Positions 24,906-37,300 of a DNA stretch of 64,000 nt are shown here, piece by piece. The position numbers were made by a program, and so were the translations under genes. Every line of letters begins with the position of its first letter. Within the stretch, counting starts at the first letter, position 1. The DNA comes from Antedon mediterranea (Eukaryota; Animalia; Echinodermata): the NCBI RefSeq assembly GCF_964355755.1, contig NC_092676.1, forward strand, positions 9,897,888 through 9,961,887, written 5' to 3'. The notes under the pieces were generated by a model that was not told the origin of the DNA, did not search any database, and saw only the letters and a list, made by a program, of their open reading frames with translations.

Positions 24906-27900
24906 ATGTTTGACGTTGAACCAAGTGATTCAGTGAGTTGCGTAAGCTCCAAACGCTCATCATCGAGCAGCAGATCTAGGATCCGGGTTAAGGCTGAAGC
25001 TGCAGCATTAAGGGAACGAGCTGCCAGACAGAAAGAAATGCATGACTTGGAAATGCAGGAATTGGTGCTCAAACAAAAGAAGACTGATGTGGAATTGCAA
25101 ATTGAAATCGGGGCAATTGAAGCAGCCGACAAAGTTTACAACGAAGCTGAACAGGACGAGGATGAGGCAGTAGATCGTGAACTCGAAAATCTTTCTCTAC
25201 CAAAGCTTCATATTGAAACAACCACTCCCAAACTTCCATCAGGAAATCTGCCCGACCAACGATTTGCTCCTGATTATCGAGCAGAATATGTTCCAAAGGA
25301 GGAGACAGAACTGTTAGGGAATCCTATGCTGTGGCAGCCTACACCTCAACCAGCAGTGTTCCAACCATTTAATCTGGATGCTCCTGTATTCCACCAACAC
25401 AAGCAGATCGATGCCATAGATAGACTGGCATCCACAATGATGAGAGCACAAGATAAGCAAAATGAAGCATTGAGACAGATCGTCCAACAACAGCAACAAA
25501 GTGTTACTGCGCTTACCTTGCCTAACCCGTCAATGAAGTTATACAGTGGCAATCCTGCTGAATACTGCGAGTTTGTCACTTCATTCAAACATCTTGTTGA
25601 GAACAAAACTGTGAGCCAGAGTGCAAGACTGCACTACTTGGTACAGTACACGAATGGGGCTGTACAAGAGTTGATGAGAAGCTGTCTATCGATGAGTGAT
25701 GATAAAGGATATGTTGAGGCGAGACGCTTGCTAAAGGAAAGATATGGACAAGCATACAAGATAGCTGCTGCCCACGTTCAACTCTTGCTGGATTGGCCGA
25801 TTATCAAAGTCGAGGATGGCATAGCTCTACAACGCTTCTCTACTCAACTAACAAGCTGTGCAAATACACTTCAGGAAATTGGATACCTTAGCAAGCTAGA
25901 TAATCCAGACAATCTTCGGAAAATCATTGAACGTCTTCCGTATCGACTAAGGCTAAGATGGCGGGAAGTGGTTGACACTATCATCGTAAAGGAAAAGAGA
26001 GATGTGAATATTAAGGATATTACCAAGTTTGTCACCGATAAGGCTAGGGTAGCAACTCATCCAGTCTTTGGTAAAATAGAGCCAGTGAAGTCTACCAATT
26101 CTCCAAATTCGGATAAATTATCGACCAACCACAAATCTAGCAGTTATGCCGTTCACAATTCTCAGTCAATCACACCTGTAACATCACAACCAACGTGTCC
26201 GCTATGCTGTGAGGACCATTGGCTCTCCAGATGTGAGCAGTTCCGACGGAAGTCACTCAACGACCGATGGAAATGTGTAAATGACAAGAAAATCTGTATC
26301 AACTGTCTTACAGTTGGACATTTTGTGAAAGATTGTCAAAAGCAAAGTTTCTGCAAAATATCCGGATGCACGAAGAAACACTCAACATATTTACATCCCA
26401 AAGGTGAGACTGCAAGTAATGCTGGTACTGTTGCTGTACAACCAGTTCAGACGTCTCCAGCAACCTTCAGTGGTGAACAGGTCAACATGTCGGCATCGAG
26501 AAGCACATCAACCGTTACTGGTCTTGCTGCCGTACCTGTGAGAGTCAAGGCTCCAGGAAGTGCCAAGCTTGTAGAAACCTATGCATTTCTTGATAGTGGA
26601 TCCAACACAACTTTCTGCACCACTGGTCTACTAAAGCAATTAGGAATATCATCGAATACTGTAGACTTATCATTGACAACCATGAACGGAGTAAATAGAC
26701 CAATCCAGTGTGAACTTACAAAGTTGGAGATTTTGGATTTAAATCATGGACATTCCGTCTTACTTCCAAACGTCTATTCAGTGCAAACCCTACCAATTTC
26801 TACCGATACGATCGCTACTCCAGATGACATTAACAAATGGCCTCACCTAGCTGGGATTAAAGTAGATAAAATAAATGCAGATATTGGTATTCTCATTGGA
26901 AGTGATGTGCCAGAATTGCTACAACCGCTGGAAGTACGCGAATGCCACGATGGTGGTCCATTTGCCACTAGAACACTATTTGGCTGGGTTGTCAACGGCC
27001 CATTGGGAAGGAAGAACTCTGGATCAACACACTGCACTAACTACATTGATTCACATGAAGAGTTGTCAACACAGTTCAAGGACTACTGTAATCTAGAATT
27101 CAATGACAGCCTGTACAACCCGAAGGCTGCGATGTCGCAAAATGACAAACAGGCATTGCGAATTATGGAAAAAAGCGCTGTTTTGAAAGATGGACATTAT
27201 GAGATTGCGTTACCATGGAAGTCTTATCCACCAAATCTGAAGACCAACAAAATACAAGCTGAACGCAGACTTCAGTCCCTCAAACGACGTCTAGACAATG
27301 ATCCAATTGTATTTGAGAAATATCGCATGTTCATGAACGACTTGGTAAGAAAGGGCTATGCTGATAAGGTGGAAGTTAATGGTTCGGTACCTGAAGGATG
27401 GTACTTACCACATCACCCAGTATTTCATCCTCAAAAACCTGACAAGGTACGTGTTGTTTTTTACTGTTCGGCGAGATATGGAGGCACATCATTAAACGAC
27501 CAGCTTCTACAGGGGCCGGACCTTACTAACACACTAGTCGGGGTACTAACCCGTTTCCGGCGAGAACAAATCGCTTTCATGGCGGACATTGAATCAATGT
27601 ATTACCAGGTACGAGTACGACAAAATGATTCAGACTACCTTAAATACCTCTGGTGGCCAGATGGCAATACCGAGAAGCAGCCTGAAGAGTACAAGATGAT
27701 GGTTCATCTGTTTGGGAGTGTGTCATCTCCTAGCTGTGCCAACTATGCACTAAAACGTAATGCAGAAGACAACCGAGATGACTTCGATGCAGAGACAATC
27801 AAAACAGCGAAGGAAAGCTTTTACCTGGATGATTGTCTTCATTCTGTAAAGACAGAGCCAGAAGCCAAACAACTGATCAAACAACTTCAGGAACTACTAA

Positions 27901-30464
27901 ACCAGGGCGGGTTCCGTCTGACAAAGTGGACGTCAAATTCAATAAATGTTATTGAATCAGTTCCGGATGCCAAAAGGGCAAAATTGGTGAAGGACTTGGA
28001 TCTGAATTTCGGTGGCATGATGTTAACTGAACGAGCATTAGGTGTCAAATGGAGCCTGTCAACTGACACATTTGGTTATAGTATCAACAAGAAAGAACGT
28101 CCAGCGACAAGACGTGGAATGTTATCAATAACAAGTTCGGTGTACGATCCACTTGGATTTGTCGGTCCATGTATCTTGCCTGCAAAGGCCATTCAACAAG
28201 AACTGTGCCAAAAGGGTTTAGGATGGGATGACAAGATTCCAGATGCTTGCAAAGCAAGGTGGGAGGATTGGCTCCAGGATCTTCCTAAGCTGGAGCAGTT
28301 CAGCATTCCAAGATGCTTCAAGCCTCTAAACTTTGAAAATGTAGTTAAACGAGAACTACATCACTTCTCAGATGCTTCAAGTAATGGATATGGTGCAGTA
28401 TCTTATCTTCGACAAATCAATGTAAATGGAGACATCAGTTGTGCTATTGTGATGGCAAAATCCAGGTTAGCTCCTCTCAAGACGATGACTATACCAAGAA
28501 TGGAGTTATCGGCAGCTGTTGTTTCCACACGATTAGACAAAATGATTAAACAAGAACTGCAAACACCTATAGATAGTTGTACGTTTTGGACGGATAGCAC
28601 ATGTGTTCTACGCTATTTAGAAAACAAGGAAACACGATTTCAGACGTTTGTAGCTAATCGAGTCACAACCATACTTGATCAAAGTGACGCAAGTCAATGG
28701 AGATTTGTGGATGGGTTACACAACCCTGCAGATGAAGCATCAAGAGGTATGACAGTAAATGAATTATTGATCAATCAACGTTGGAAGGAAGGTCCAGAAT
28801 TCCTAAAGCAACCTGAGAGGACATGGCCACAAAGACCAGCAAACATGGGTGAAATCCCACAAGATGACCCAGGGGTAAAGGCAAAATCCACAGTCTGTGC
28901 TACTGGTATAAATGTAATTGACTCGATTTCATCAGTCATTAACTACTACTCATCATGGGAGAAGTTGAAGAAGTCGTTTGCATGGATTTTGAGGTACAAA
29001 GAAAAGTTACGAGAAGTGGTTCGCAGGCGTAAGGCTGGAGACGATGTTTCGTTTAATAGAAATGACACAGTTGATCCAATCAATGTTTTGGAGATGAAAG
29101 GTGCTGAAATTGCTATCACGAAGCATGTACAGAAATGCTTTGAAGACGAGCAAGTTTGCCTGAAGCATGTAAGCCTATCTCAACCCTGCAATACCAAAAA
29201 GCAACGAGCACTACCAAAATCCAGCAAGATCTACAAACTCGATCCCATCTTAAGTGAGGGAGTGATCAGAGTAGGGGGCCGTCTTCAAAATTCACCTATC
29301 AACGGTGACATGAAACATCAGATAATCCTACCAAAGAATCACCACATAGTGAAGCTCATTACTACATACTATCACCATTTATCAGGACACAGTGGACTAG
29401 AATACACAATGTCCCTAGTTCGACAGAAGTTCTGGCCGATTGATGCACATACTGCAGTGAAGAAAGTTCTAAACGAGTGTTTCAGCTGTAAGAGACGCCA
29501 ATCATCAGTTGGGAAACAAAAAATGGCTTCACTTCCGCAAGACCGAGTAACACCTTCGAAGCCACCGTTCACGTACGTTGGTGTTGACTGCTTCGGCCCA
29601 TTCGAAGTAAAAAAGGGGAGGTCAAATGTGAAGAGATATGGTGTCCTTTTCACGTGTCTCACTGTACGAGCAATCCACATCGAAGTTTCAAACTCACTTG
29701 ACACGGAGTCATTCATGAATGCTATGAGAAGATTCATAGAACCAAGAGGACAGCCAGAAGAGATTCGATCAGATAATGGAGGAAACTTCAAAAAGGGAGA
29801 GAAGGAACTGAATAAAGCAATTAAAGAGTGGAATCAAGGACAAATCCATGAATTCTTGTTGCAACGAAATGTGAAATGGTTATTCAATCCACCAATGGGA
29901 TCTCATCATGGAGGAGTATGGAAGCGCTGTATTCGGACAGTGAGGAAAGTCATGATGGCTGTGCTGAAACAACAAGTGCTTGATGATGAAGGCCTAAACA
30001 CTTTAATGTGTGAAGCAGAGGCTATTGTTAATGGTCGGCCGATTACTAAGATATCGGATGACCCTCGTGACATGACGCCTTTAACTCCGAATCATTTACT
30101 GCTGTTGCGAGGAGAGAACAGCTTACCTCCTGGTAACTTTTCAAAGGAGGATATGTATCGTCGACGATGGAAACAAGTACAGTACTTATCAAATGTGTTC
30201 TGGCGACGATGGGTACGGGAGTATTTACCGTCACTGCAACAAAGACAAAAATAGAATGTGCAAAAGAGAAACTTTGCTGTAGACGATGTTGTGTTTGTTC
30301 TTGACAAAAACACACCACGAAGTTCATGGCCATTGGGAAGAGTTCTTGAAGTGTACAGCAACCAAAAGGATGGACTTGTACGGTCAGTGAAAGTAAAGAC
30401 AAACACATCAACGCTTGTGAGACCAATTGACAAACTGGTCCTTCTTGAGAATGCGACCAACTAA
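24906..30464 (+). pseudogene. BEL/Pao gag-pol polyprotein with premature TAG at 30252-30254
   Basis: Three Cys/His knuckles (CPLCCEDHWLSRC, CINCLTVGHFVKDC, CKISGCTKKHSTYLH), protease FLDSGS, RT ADIESMY and YLDD, RNase H FSDAS, integrase HHCC, VGVDCFGP and SDNG; the frame continues past the TAG into SSWPLGRV...DGLVRSVKV. Confidence 0.93.
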
Positions 30465-30628
30465 TTGGAAATATGAACTTTTGAACATTACAGATTGTTC
30501 TTCTGCGTTTTATAAGATCCAATTTTGGAATTTATCTTTTCCTTATAAATTTTAACAATGTTAGGTTTTTGTTGACATGTTTATTTTTATGTAAAGGCTA
30601 TCCATACGGTGCCTTTAAGGGGCCGGAA

Positions 30629-31333
30629 TGTTAACTTTGAAATGTATAATGTCGCCCTCTATTTCATGTTTGGTGAGCAAGAGGTGACTTTTCTCCTAGT
30701 AAGGTCAGATTGCCATAGTAACGGGCAGACTTGCTCAGAGTTGTGCTTTGGGATAGTTCATAGCCTAGATAAATACACTGATAGTTAAAAATATGTACTG
30801 TAATCTATAGGTTCTGGTGAAGAAACAGATGTAAGTTTATGATGCTTTATATTTAGATAATATAATCTTTTGTATCATTTAACTGTAGCCTACTAGATAA
30901 TTACAAATTACTGACTCAATTATACTATAATCTAGGCCTAGGCCTACTGTTAAATTGAAGTACTAATGGTAATACAGTAATGATGAATCGATCATTTTCT
31001 ATAAATCTAGTTTAATATGATTGTTGAGCTATTTAGCTTAGATGTTCCAATTGTTATACCAATTGATTATTTAATTACAATGACGGCTTTAATTATCCAT
31101 TAATTTACAGTTTAAACCGTTCGATCTATCGTTCGTTCCACTGCTGTGTGTTCGTTCAACATCTATCCATTGTGTGCTCAACCAATTGTTCGACCATTCA
31201 ACCAATCGTTTTACCAATTTGTCAAATCGTTCGTTTCATTGCCGTGTTGAATAAACATTATTTATATCTATACCTTTGTGAACGCGTTTAATTCGTTTTG
31301 ACTCCCAGAACCGCACGTGACGTCAAGGTTACA
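30629..31333 (+). repeat. 3' LTR
   Basis: Near-identical to 24158-24862. Confidence 0.97.
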
Positions 31334-31478
31334 TGTCATGAATCGTGTAAAAATATGTTTATAATAATAATCTAAAGGGTTCTGTAACACTACTGATGAC
31401 AAAATAAACATATTCGGCTCCACTGAATACGACGTCTTGTTGCCGGTAACCAGATTCATACGGTACATGACGCATTTA

Positions 31479-31550
31479 TTATAGTCACTGGTCGGTCGTA
31501 GGTCAGATTTGATATTGTTCTATTATAAAAATGCATCGTCCCTGAATTTA
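31479..31550 (-). repeat. Isolated inverted, degenerate fragment of the tRNA-array unit (tRNA 3' end plus spacer)
   Basis: Reverse complement taaattcagggacgatgcatttttataatagaacaatatcaaatctgacctacgaccgaccagtgactat matches the array unit. Confidence 0.8.
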
Positions 31551-32152
31551 TTAATTACTATCTAACGATACAGGTGAGCATCATTAAAGAAAATCAACTT
31601 TAAAACCTTCACCAATACTATTTATTAAATTTAATTTAAAAAAAATCCAAAACGGCGATTTGACTTAGTATTGATAGGCCTAAAACAATAAATATTTTGG
31701 CACATATGGCTTTTCATATGTAGGCTCCTGGAATCTAGTTTACAGAAACAACTTTAAACATCAACTACTAACAACATGAACAAGAAAAATGGATTTTTAA
31801 TTCTCTTTTCTTTATTCTTCCGAAGGTAGCCCTACAGTACAAATAACAAAACAGATACGACATAATATGTATTGTTATTGAAATTGATGAATGAACAGCA
31901 AACTATTCTTTAAGATGGCATAGTGATGAGTGACGGACACTTTACCTCAAAATACCATCAACAGAGTCTTAGAAAATAATAGAAATACAAATAATATATC
32001 ATCCAAAAAAATATTTACAAAATAGAACAACAAACAAAATCTACAAAAAAAAATCATAAATAAATCATTTTGTTTTCTCACTTAATTTTTAATCTTGAAA
32101 ATCGGTATCCGTAGTAGATTTTACACACAAATAACAATAATTTATATGCTAA

Positions 32153-33227
32153 TTAATTCTTCTTCGCCCGCAGAGCAACTGCATCCTGTCGAAAGTATTT
32201 ATTTTCTTGATTGGTGACGGGAAAGTTCTTGAAGCATTATTCAGTAGCATCTTGAAGAATTCCATTTCGATACTGCTCAGGCACATACTCTATTTGATCA
32301 ACGAGTGAACTTACATATCATGAAATATTAAACAATTATACTGTAGCTTGAAATTAGCATGGGACGGAAAATATTCAAGGAGTTTGACACTATTTTTAGG
32401 CACGGCTATTATTGCACCATTCAAGAGTGAATCCGACCGTTTAATTTAGCGAACGTGTTCTAAACTATATTTATAAACTTTGACTAATGACCACGACCTC
32501 GGTGCTGATTGTTACGTTATGTTGATTATTAATTAATATATGATAAAATAATTGGAGGTATATTAAAAAAAAACGTATTCTTACATACAGGATTAAATAG
32601 ATTAATTTGTCGATAATCAATGACTTACTTCTTAACTCATTCACATTAAATATTTCCATTTCCTCATATGGTGTGTGCAAGTCACCTTTGACATCGTCAA
32701 AACCTACCGATTTCAACAATTGCATATTTTCTTCCAGAGTGAATTCGTTGTAAAATCTGTTTTTATATCCCGTAAAAATTAAATGAAATACAGCTGCTTA
32801 AACCCAAGAAGAAATTTCGCATCTCCAAATATAATAAATCTATATTGATAATGATGTATATTATAATTCTCGCCAGTCAACTAAAAAACTCATTATCATA
32901 TCATACCTCAAGGTGGTGCTTCCATTTAGTGTGATTCTTCAAGTAGTACGAAAGTCCATCAACATCGTGGCCACGTAGTTGTTTTTTTGGCCCACTATAA
33001 AGAAGAAAACACTCTCCGCCTTCTTTAAGACAGTTATGGATATTCTGAAAAGCTTGTGGTTTGTGTTTTACCCAATGCAGAGCATACAGACACTATCTTG
33101 CTGAATTCACCTTTCCAGTGTGGATGTGTCTCCAGGCAGTTTGAGATATCTGCAATTTCTTAAGATACATTCGTATCTACGTGTTTTTGTCTTGCATTAT
33201 CTATCATTTCTTTTGAAATGTCAAAAC
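32153..33227 (-). pseudogene. Class I SAM-dependent methyltransferase pseudogene, juvenile hormone acid O-methyltransferase-like; three exon remnants, 5' exon absent
   Basis: GFDISKEMIDNAR...EIADI...EFSKIVS../LHWVKHKPQAFQNIHNCLKEGGECFL...KWKHHLE, LLKSVGF, and C-terminal VALRAKKN*; in-frame TAA at 33162-33160, a frameshift before LHWV, no AG acceptor at ~32771, and a second stop in the last exon. Confidence 0.75.
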
Positions 33228-34054
33228 CTAAAATGAGAAGAAAACCTTAATGATTAGCATGCAGTGGCACTGCATCTTGGTATACGGAAAGAATCAATCG
33301 ATTCATAATATATACTGTACTCCACTCATTGACAAAACACTACCACTGCTTGGAAAGGGAACGGAGCGAAGCCAATTTGTATTAAGAATGTTATGTGCCA
33401 AAAAGGGGAACTTCAAAAGTTACTACATAATTACATTATTTACATTATCAATGGTCTGATGGTCTTGTACAGCAATGCACTACTAATTATGTGTGTATTG
33501 TGTCAATATAAAAAGGTGAACTACGACTGACCAGTGATTATGAAGCATATTCGTGCAGCATCGGTGGATCCGTGTAAAATTCCCGGACGATGCATTTTTA
33601 GAATGGAATAATATCAAAGCTGACCTATAAATGACCGGTGATTATGAACTATACACGTGCAGCATCGGTGGTTCAGTGGTAGAATTCTCGCCTGCCACAC
33701 GTAGAATCCGGGTAAAATTTCCAGCCGATGCATTTTTATAATGGAACAATATCGACGCTCTCCTATAATGACCGGTGATTATAAAACATATACGTGTAGC
33801 ATCGGTGGTTCAGTGGTAGAATTCTCGCCTGCCACGCGGGGGACCCGGGTTCAATTCCCGGAATAATATCAAAGCTGACCTAGGACTGACCAGTGATTAT
33901 GAAGCATATTCGTGTAGCATCGGTGGTTCAGTGGTAGAATTCTCGCCTGCCACGCGAGGGACCCGGGTTCAATTCCCGGCCGATGCATTTTAAGAATGGA
34001 ATAATATCAAAGGTGACCTAGGACTGACCAGTGATTATGAAGCATATTCGTGTG

Positions 34055-34125
34055 GCATCGGTGGTTCAGTGGTAGAATTCTCGCCTGCCACGCGCCGGAT
34101 CCGGGTTCAATTCCCGGCCGATGCA
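34055..34125 (+). tRNA. Representative terminator-less variant (anticodon stem 3' side GCGCC), probable pseudo-tRNA
   Basis: Intact A box and B box, top two anticodon-stem pairs broken, no oligo-T after GATGCA. Confidence 0.8.
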
Positions 34126-34184
34126 ATAGAATAATATCAAAGCTGACTTATAAATTACCGGTGATTATGAACTATACACGTGCA

Positions 34185-34255
34185 GCAGCAGTGGTTCTGT
34201 TTTAGAAATCTCGCCTGCCACAGGTAGAATCCGGGTAAAATTTCCAGCCGATGCA
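34185..34255 (+). pseudogene. Representative promoter-less tRNA-Gly-derived unit
   Basis: A box changed to TGGTTCTGTTTT, B box changed to GGTAAAATTTC, anticodon stem disrupted, T5 retained. Confidence 0.85.
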
Positions 34256-34321
34256 TTTTTATAATGGAACAATATCGACGCTCTCCTATAATGACCGGTG
34301 ATTATAAAACATATACGTGTA

Positions 34322-34392
34322 GCATCGGTGGTTCAGTGGTAGAATTCTCGCCTGCCACGCGGGGGACCCGGGTTCAATTCCCGGCCGATGCA
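34322..34392 (+). tRNA. Representative canonical tRNA-Gly(GCC)
   Basis: Cloverleaf: acceptor GCATCGG/CCGATGC, D GTTC/GAAT, anticodon CTCGC/GCGGG with loop CTGCCAC, T CCGGG/CCCGG with loop TTCAATT, discriminator A, then a T5 Pol III terminator. Confidence 0.97.
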
Positions 34393-37300
34393 TTTTTATA
34401 ATGGAATAATATCAAAGCTGAACTAGGACTGACCAGTGATTATGAAGCATATTCGTGTAGCATCGGTGGTTCAGTGGTAGAAATCTCGCCTGCCACGCGA
34501 GGGACCCGGGTTCAATTCCCGGCCGATGCATTTTTAGAATGGAATAATATCAAAGGTGACCTAGGACTGACCAGTGATTATGAAGCATATTCGTGTGGCA
34601 TCGGTGGTTCAGTGGTAGAATTCTCGCCTGCCACGCGCCGGATCCGGGTTCAATTCTCGGCCGATGCAATGGAATAATATCAAAGCTGACTTATAAATTA
34701 CCGGCGATTATGAACTATACACGTGCAGCAGCAGTGGTTCTGTTTTAGAAAACTCGCCTGCCACAGGTAGAATCCGGGTAAAATTTCCAGCAGATGCATT
34801 TTTATAATGGAACAATATCGACGCTCTCCTATAATGACCGGTGATTATAAAACATATACGTGTAGCATCGGTGGTTCAGTGGTAGAATTCTCGCCTGCCA
34901 CGCGGAGGACCCGGGTTCAATTCCCGGCCGATGCATTTTTATAATGGAATAATATCAAAGCTGAACTAGGACTGACCAGTGATTATGAAGCATATTCGTG
35001 TAGCATCGGTGGTTCAGTGGTAGAATTCTCGCCTGCCACGCGGGGGACCCGGGTTCAATTCCCGGCCGATGAATTTTTAGAATGGAATAATATCAAAGGT
35101 GACCTAGGACTGACCAGTGATTATGAAGCATATTCGTGTGGCATCGGTGGTTCAGTGGTAGAATTCTCGCCTGCCACGCGCCGGATCCGGGTTCAATTCT
35201 CGGCCGATGCAATGGAATAATATCAAAGCTGACTTATAAATTACCGGCGATTATGAACTATACACGTGCAGCATCAGTGGTTCTGTTTTAGAAATCTCGC
35301 CTGCCACACGTAGAATCCGGGTAAAATTTCCAGCCGATGCATTTTTATAATGGAACAATATCGACGCTCTCCTATAATGACCGGTAATTATAAAACATAT
35401 ACGTGTAGCATTGGTGGTTCAGTGGTAGAATTCTCGCCTGCCACGCGGGAGACCCGGGTTCAATTCCCAGCCGATGCATTTTTATAATGGAACAATATCG
35501 ACGCTCTCCTATCCTATAATGACCGGTAATTATAAATCATATACGTGTAGCATCGGTGGTTCAGTGGTAGAATTCTCGCCTGCCACGCGGGGGACCCGGG
35601 TTCAATTCACGGCTGGTGCATTTTTATAATGGAATAATATCAAAGGTGACCTGGAACTGACCAGTTATTATGAAGCATATTCGTGTAGCATCGGTGGTTC
35701 AGTGGTAGAATTCTCGCCTGCCACGCGGGGGACCCGGGTTCAATTCCCGGCCGATGCATTTTTATAATGGAATAATATCAAAGCTGAACTAGGACTGACC
35801 AGTGATTATGAAGCATATTCGTGTGGCATCGGTGGTTCAGTGGTAGAAATCTCGCCTGCCACGCGCCGGATCCGGGTTCAATTCCCGGCCGATGCATTTT
35901 TAGAATGGAATAATATCAAAGGTGACCTAGGACTGACCAGTGATTATGAAGCATATTCGTGTGGCATCGGTGGTTCAGTGGTAGAATTCTCGCCTGCCAC
36001 GCGCCGGATCCGGGTTCAATTCCCGGCCGATGCAATGGAATAATATCAAAGCTGACTTATAAATTACCGGTGATTATGAACTATACACGTGCAGCAGCAG
36101 TGGTTCTGTTTTAGAAAACTCGCCTGCCACAGGTAGAATCCGGGTAAAATTTCCAGCAGATGCATTTTTATAATGGAACAATATCGACGCTCTCCTATAA
36201 TGACCGGTGATTATAAAACATATACGTGTAGCATCGGTGGTTCAGTGGTAGAATTCTCGCCTGCCACGCGGAGGACCCGGGTTCAATTCCCGGCCGATGC
36301 ATTTTTATAATGGAATAATATCAAAGCTGAACTAGGACTGACCAGTGATTATGAAGCATATTCGTGTAGCATCGGTGGTTCAGTGGTAGAATTCTCGCCT
36401 GCCACGCGGGGGACCCGGGTTCAATTCCCGGCCGATGAATTTTTAGAATGGAATAATATCAAAGGTGACCTAGGACTGACCAGTGATTATGAAGCATATT
36501 CGTGTGGCATCGGTGGTTCAGTGGTAGAATTCTCGCCTGCCACGCGCCGGATCCGGGTTCAATTCTCGGCCGATGCAATGGAATAATATCAAAGCTGACT
36601 TATAAATTACCGGCGATTATGAACTATACACGTGCAGCATCAGTGGTTCTGTTTTAGAAATCTCGCCTGCCACACGTAGAATCCGGGTAAAATTTCCAGC
36701 CGATGCATTTTTATAATGGAACAATATCGACGCTCTCCTATAATGACCGGTAATTATAAAACATATACGTGTAGCATTGGTGGTTCAGTGGTAGAATTCT
36801 CGCCTGCCACGCGGGAGACCCGGGTTCAATTCCCAGCCGATGCATTTTTATAATGGAACAATATCGACGCTCTCCTATCCTATAATGACCGGTAATTATA
36901 AATCATATACGTGTAGCATCGGTGGTTCAGTGGTAGAATTCTCGCCTGCCACGCGGGGGACCCGGGTTCAATTCACGGCTGGTGCATTTTTATAATGGAA
37001 TAATATCAAAGGTGACCTGGAACTGACCAGTTATTATGAAGCATATTCGTGTAGCATCGGTGGTTCAGTGGTAGAATTCTCGCCTGCCACGCGGGGGACC
37101 CGGGTTCAATTCCCGGCCGATGAATTTTTAGAATGGAATAATATCAAAGGTGACCTAGGACTAACCAGTGATTATGAAGCATATTCGTGTGGCATCGGTG
37201 GTTCAGTGGTAGAATTCTCGCCTGCCACGCGCCGGATCCGGGTTCAATTCCCGGTCGATGCAGTTTTGTAATGGAATAATATCGACGCTCTCCTATAATG

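Larger units (their letters stand above)
24158..31333 (+). mobile_element. Full-length BEL/Pao LTR retrotransposon
   Basis: 705-bp TG...CA LTRs, 5-bp TSD TGTCA (24153-24157, 31334-31338), purine-rich tract aaggggccggaa at 30617-30628, single gag-pol ORF in the order Gag-PR-RT-RH-IN. Confidence 0.97.

Noticed and set aside
30252-30254. Programmed stop-codon read-through in BEL pol
   Set aside because: The TAG replaces a conserved Trp late in integrase and the copy has other lesions; a nonsense mutation is simpler.
24875-30522. Antisense and alternative-frame ORFs within the BEL element
   Set aside because: Shadow ORFs of the long gag-pol frame with no recognisable motifs.
24158-33520. tRNA-gene-targeted integration of the BEL element
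   Set aside because: The element ends ~2.2 kb from the array; a single insertion cannot show targeting.
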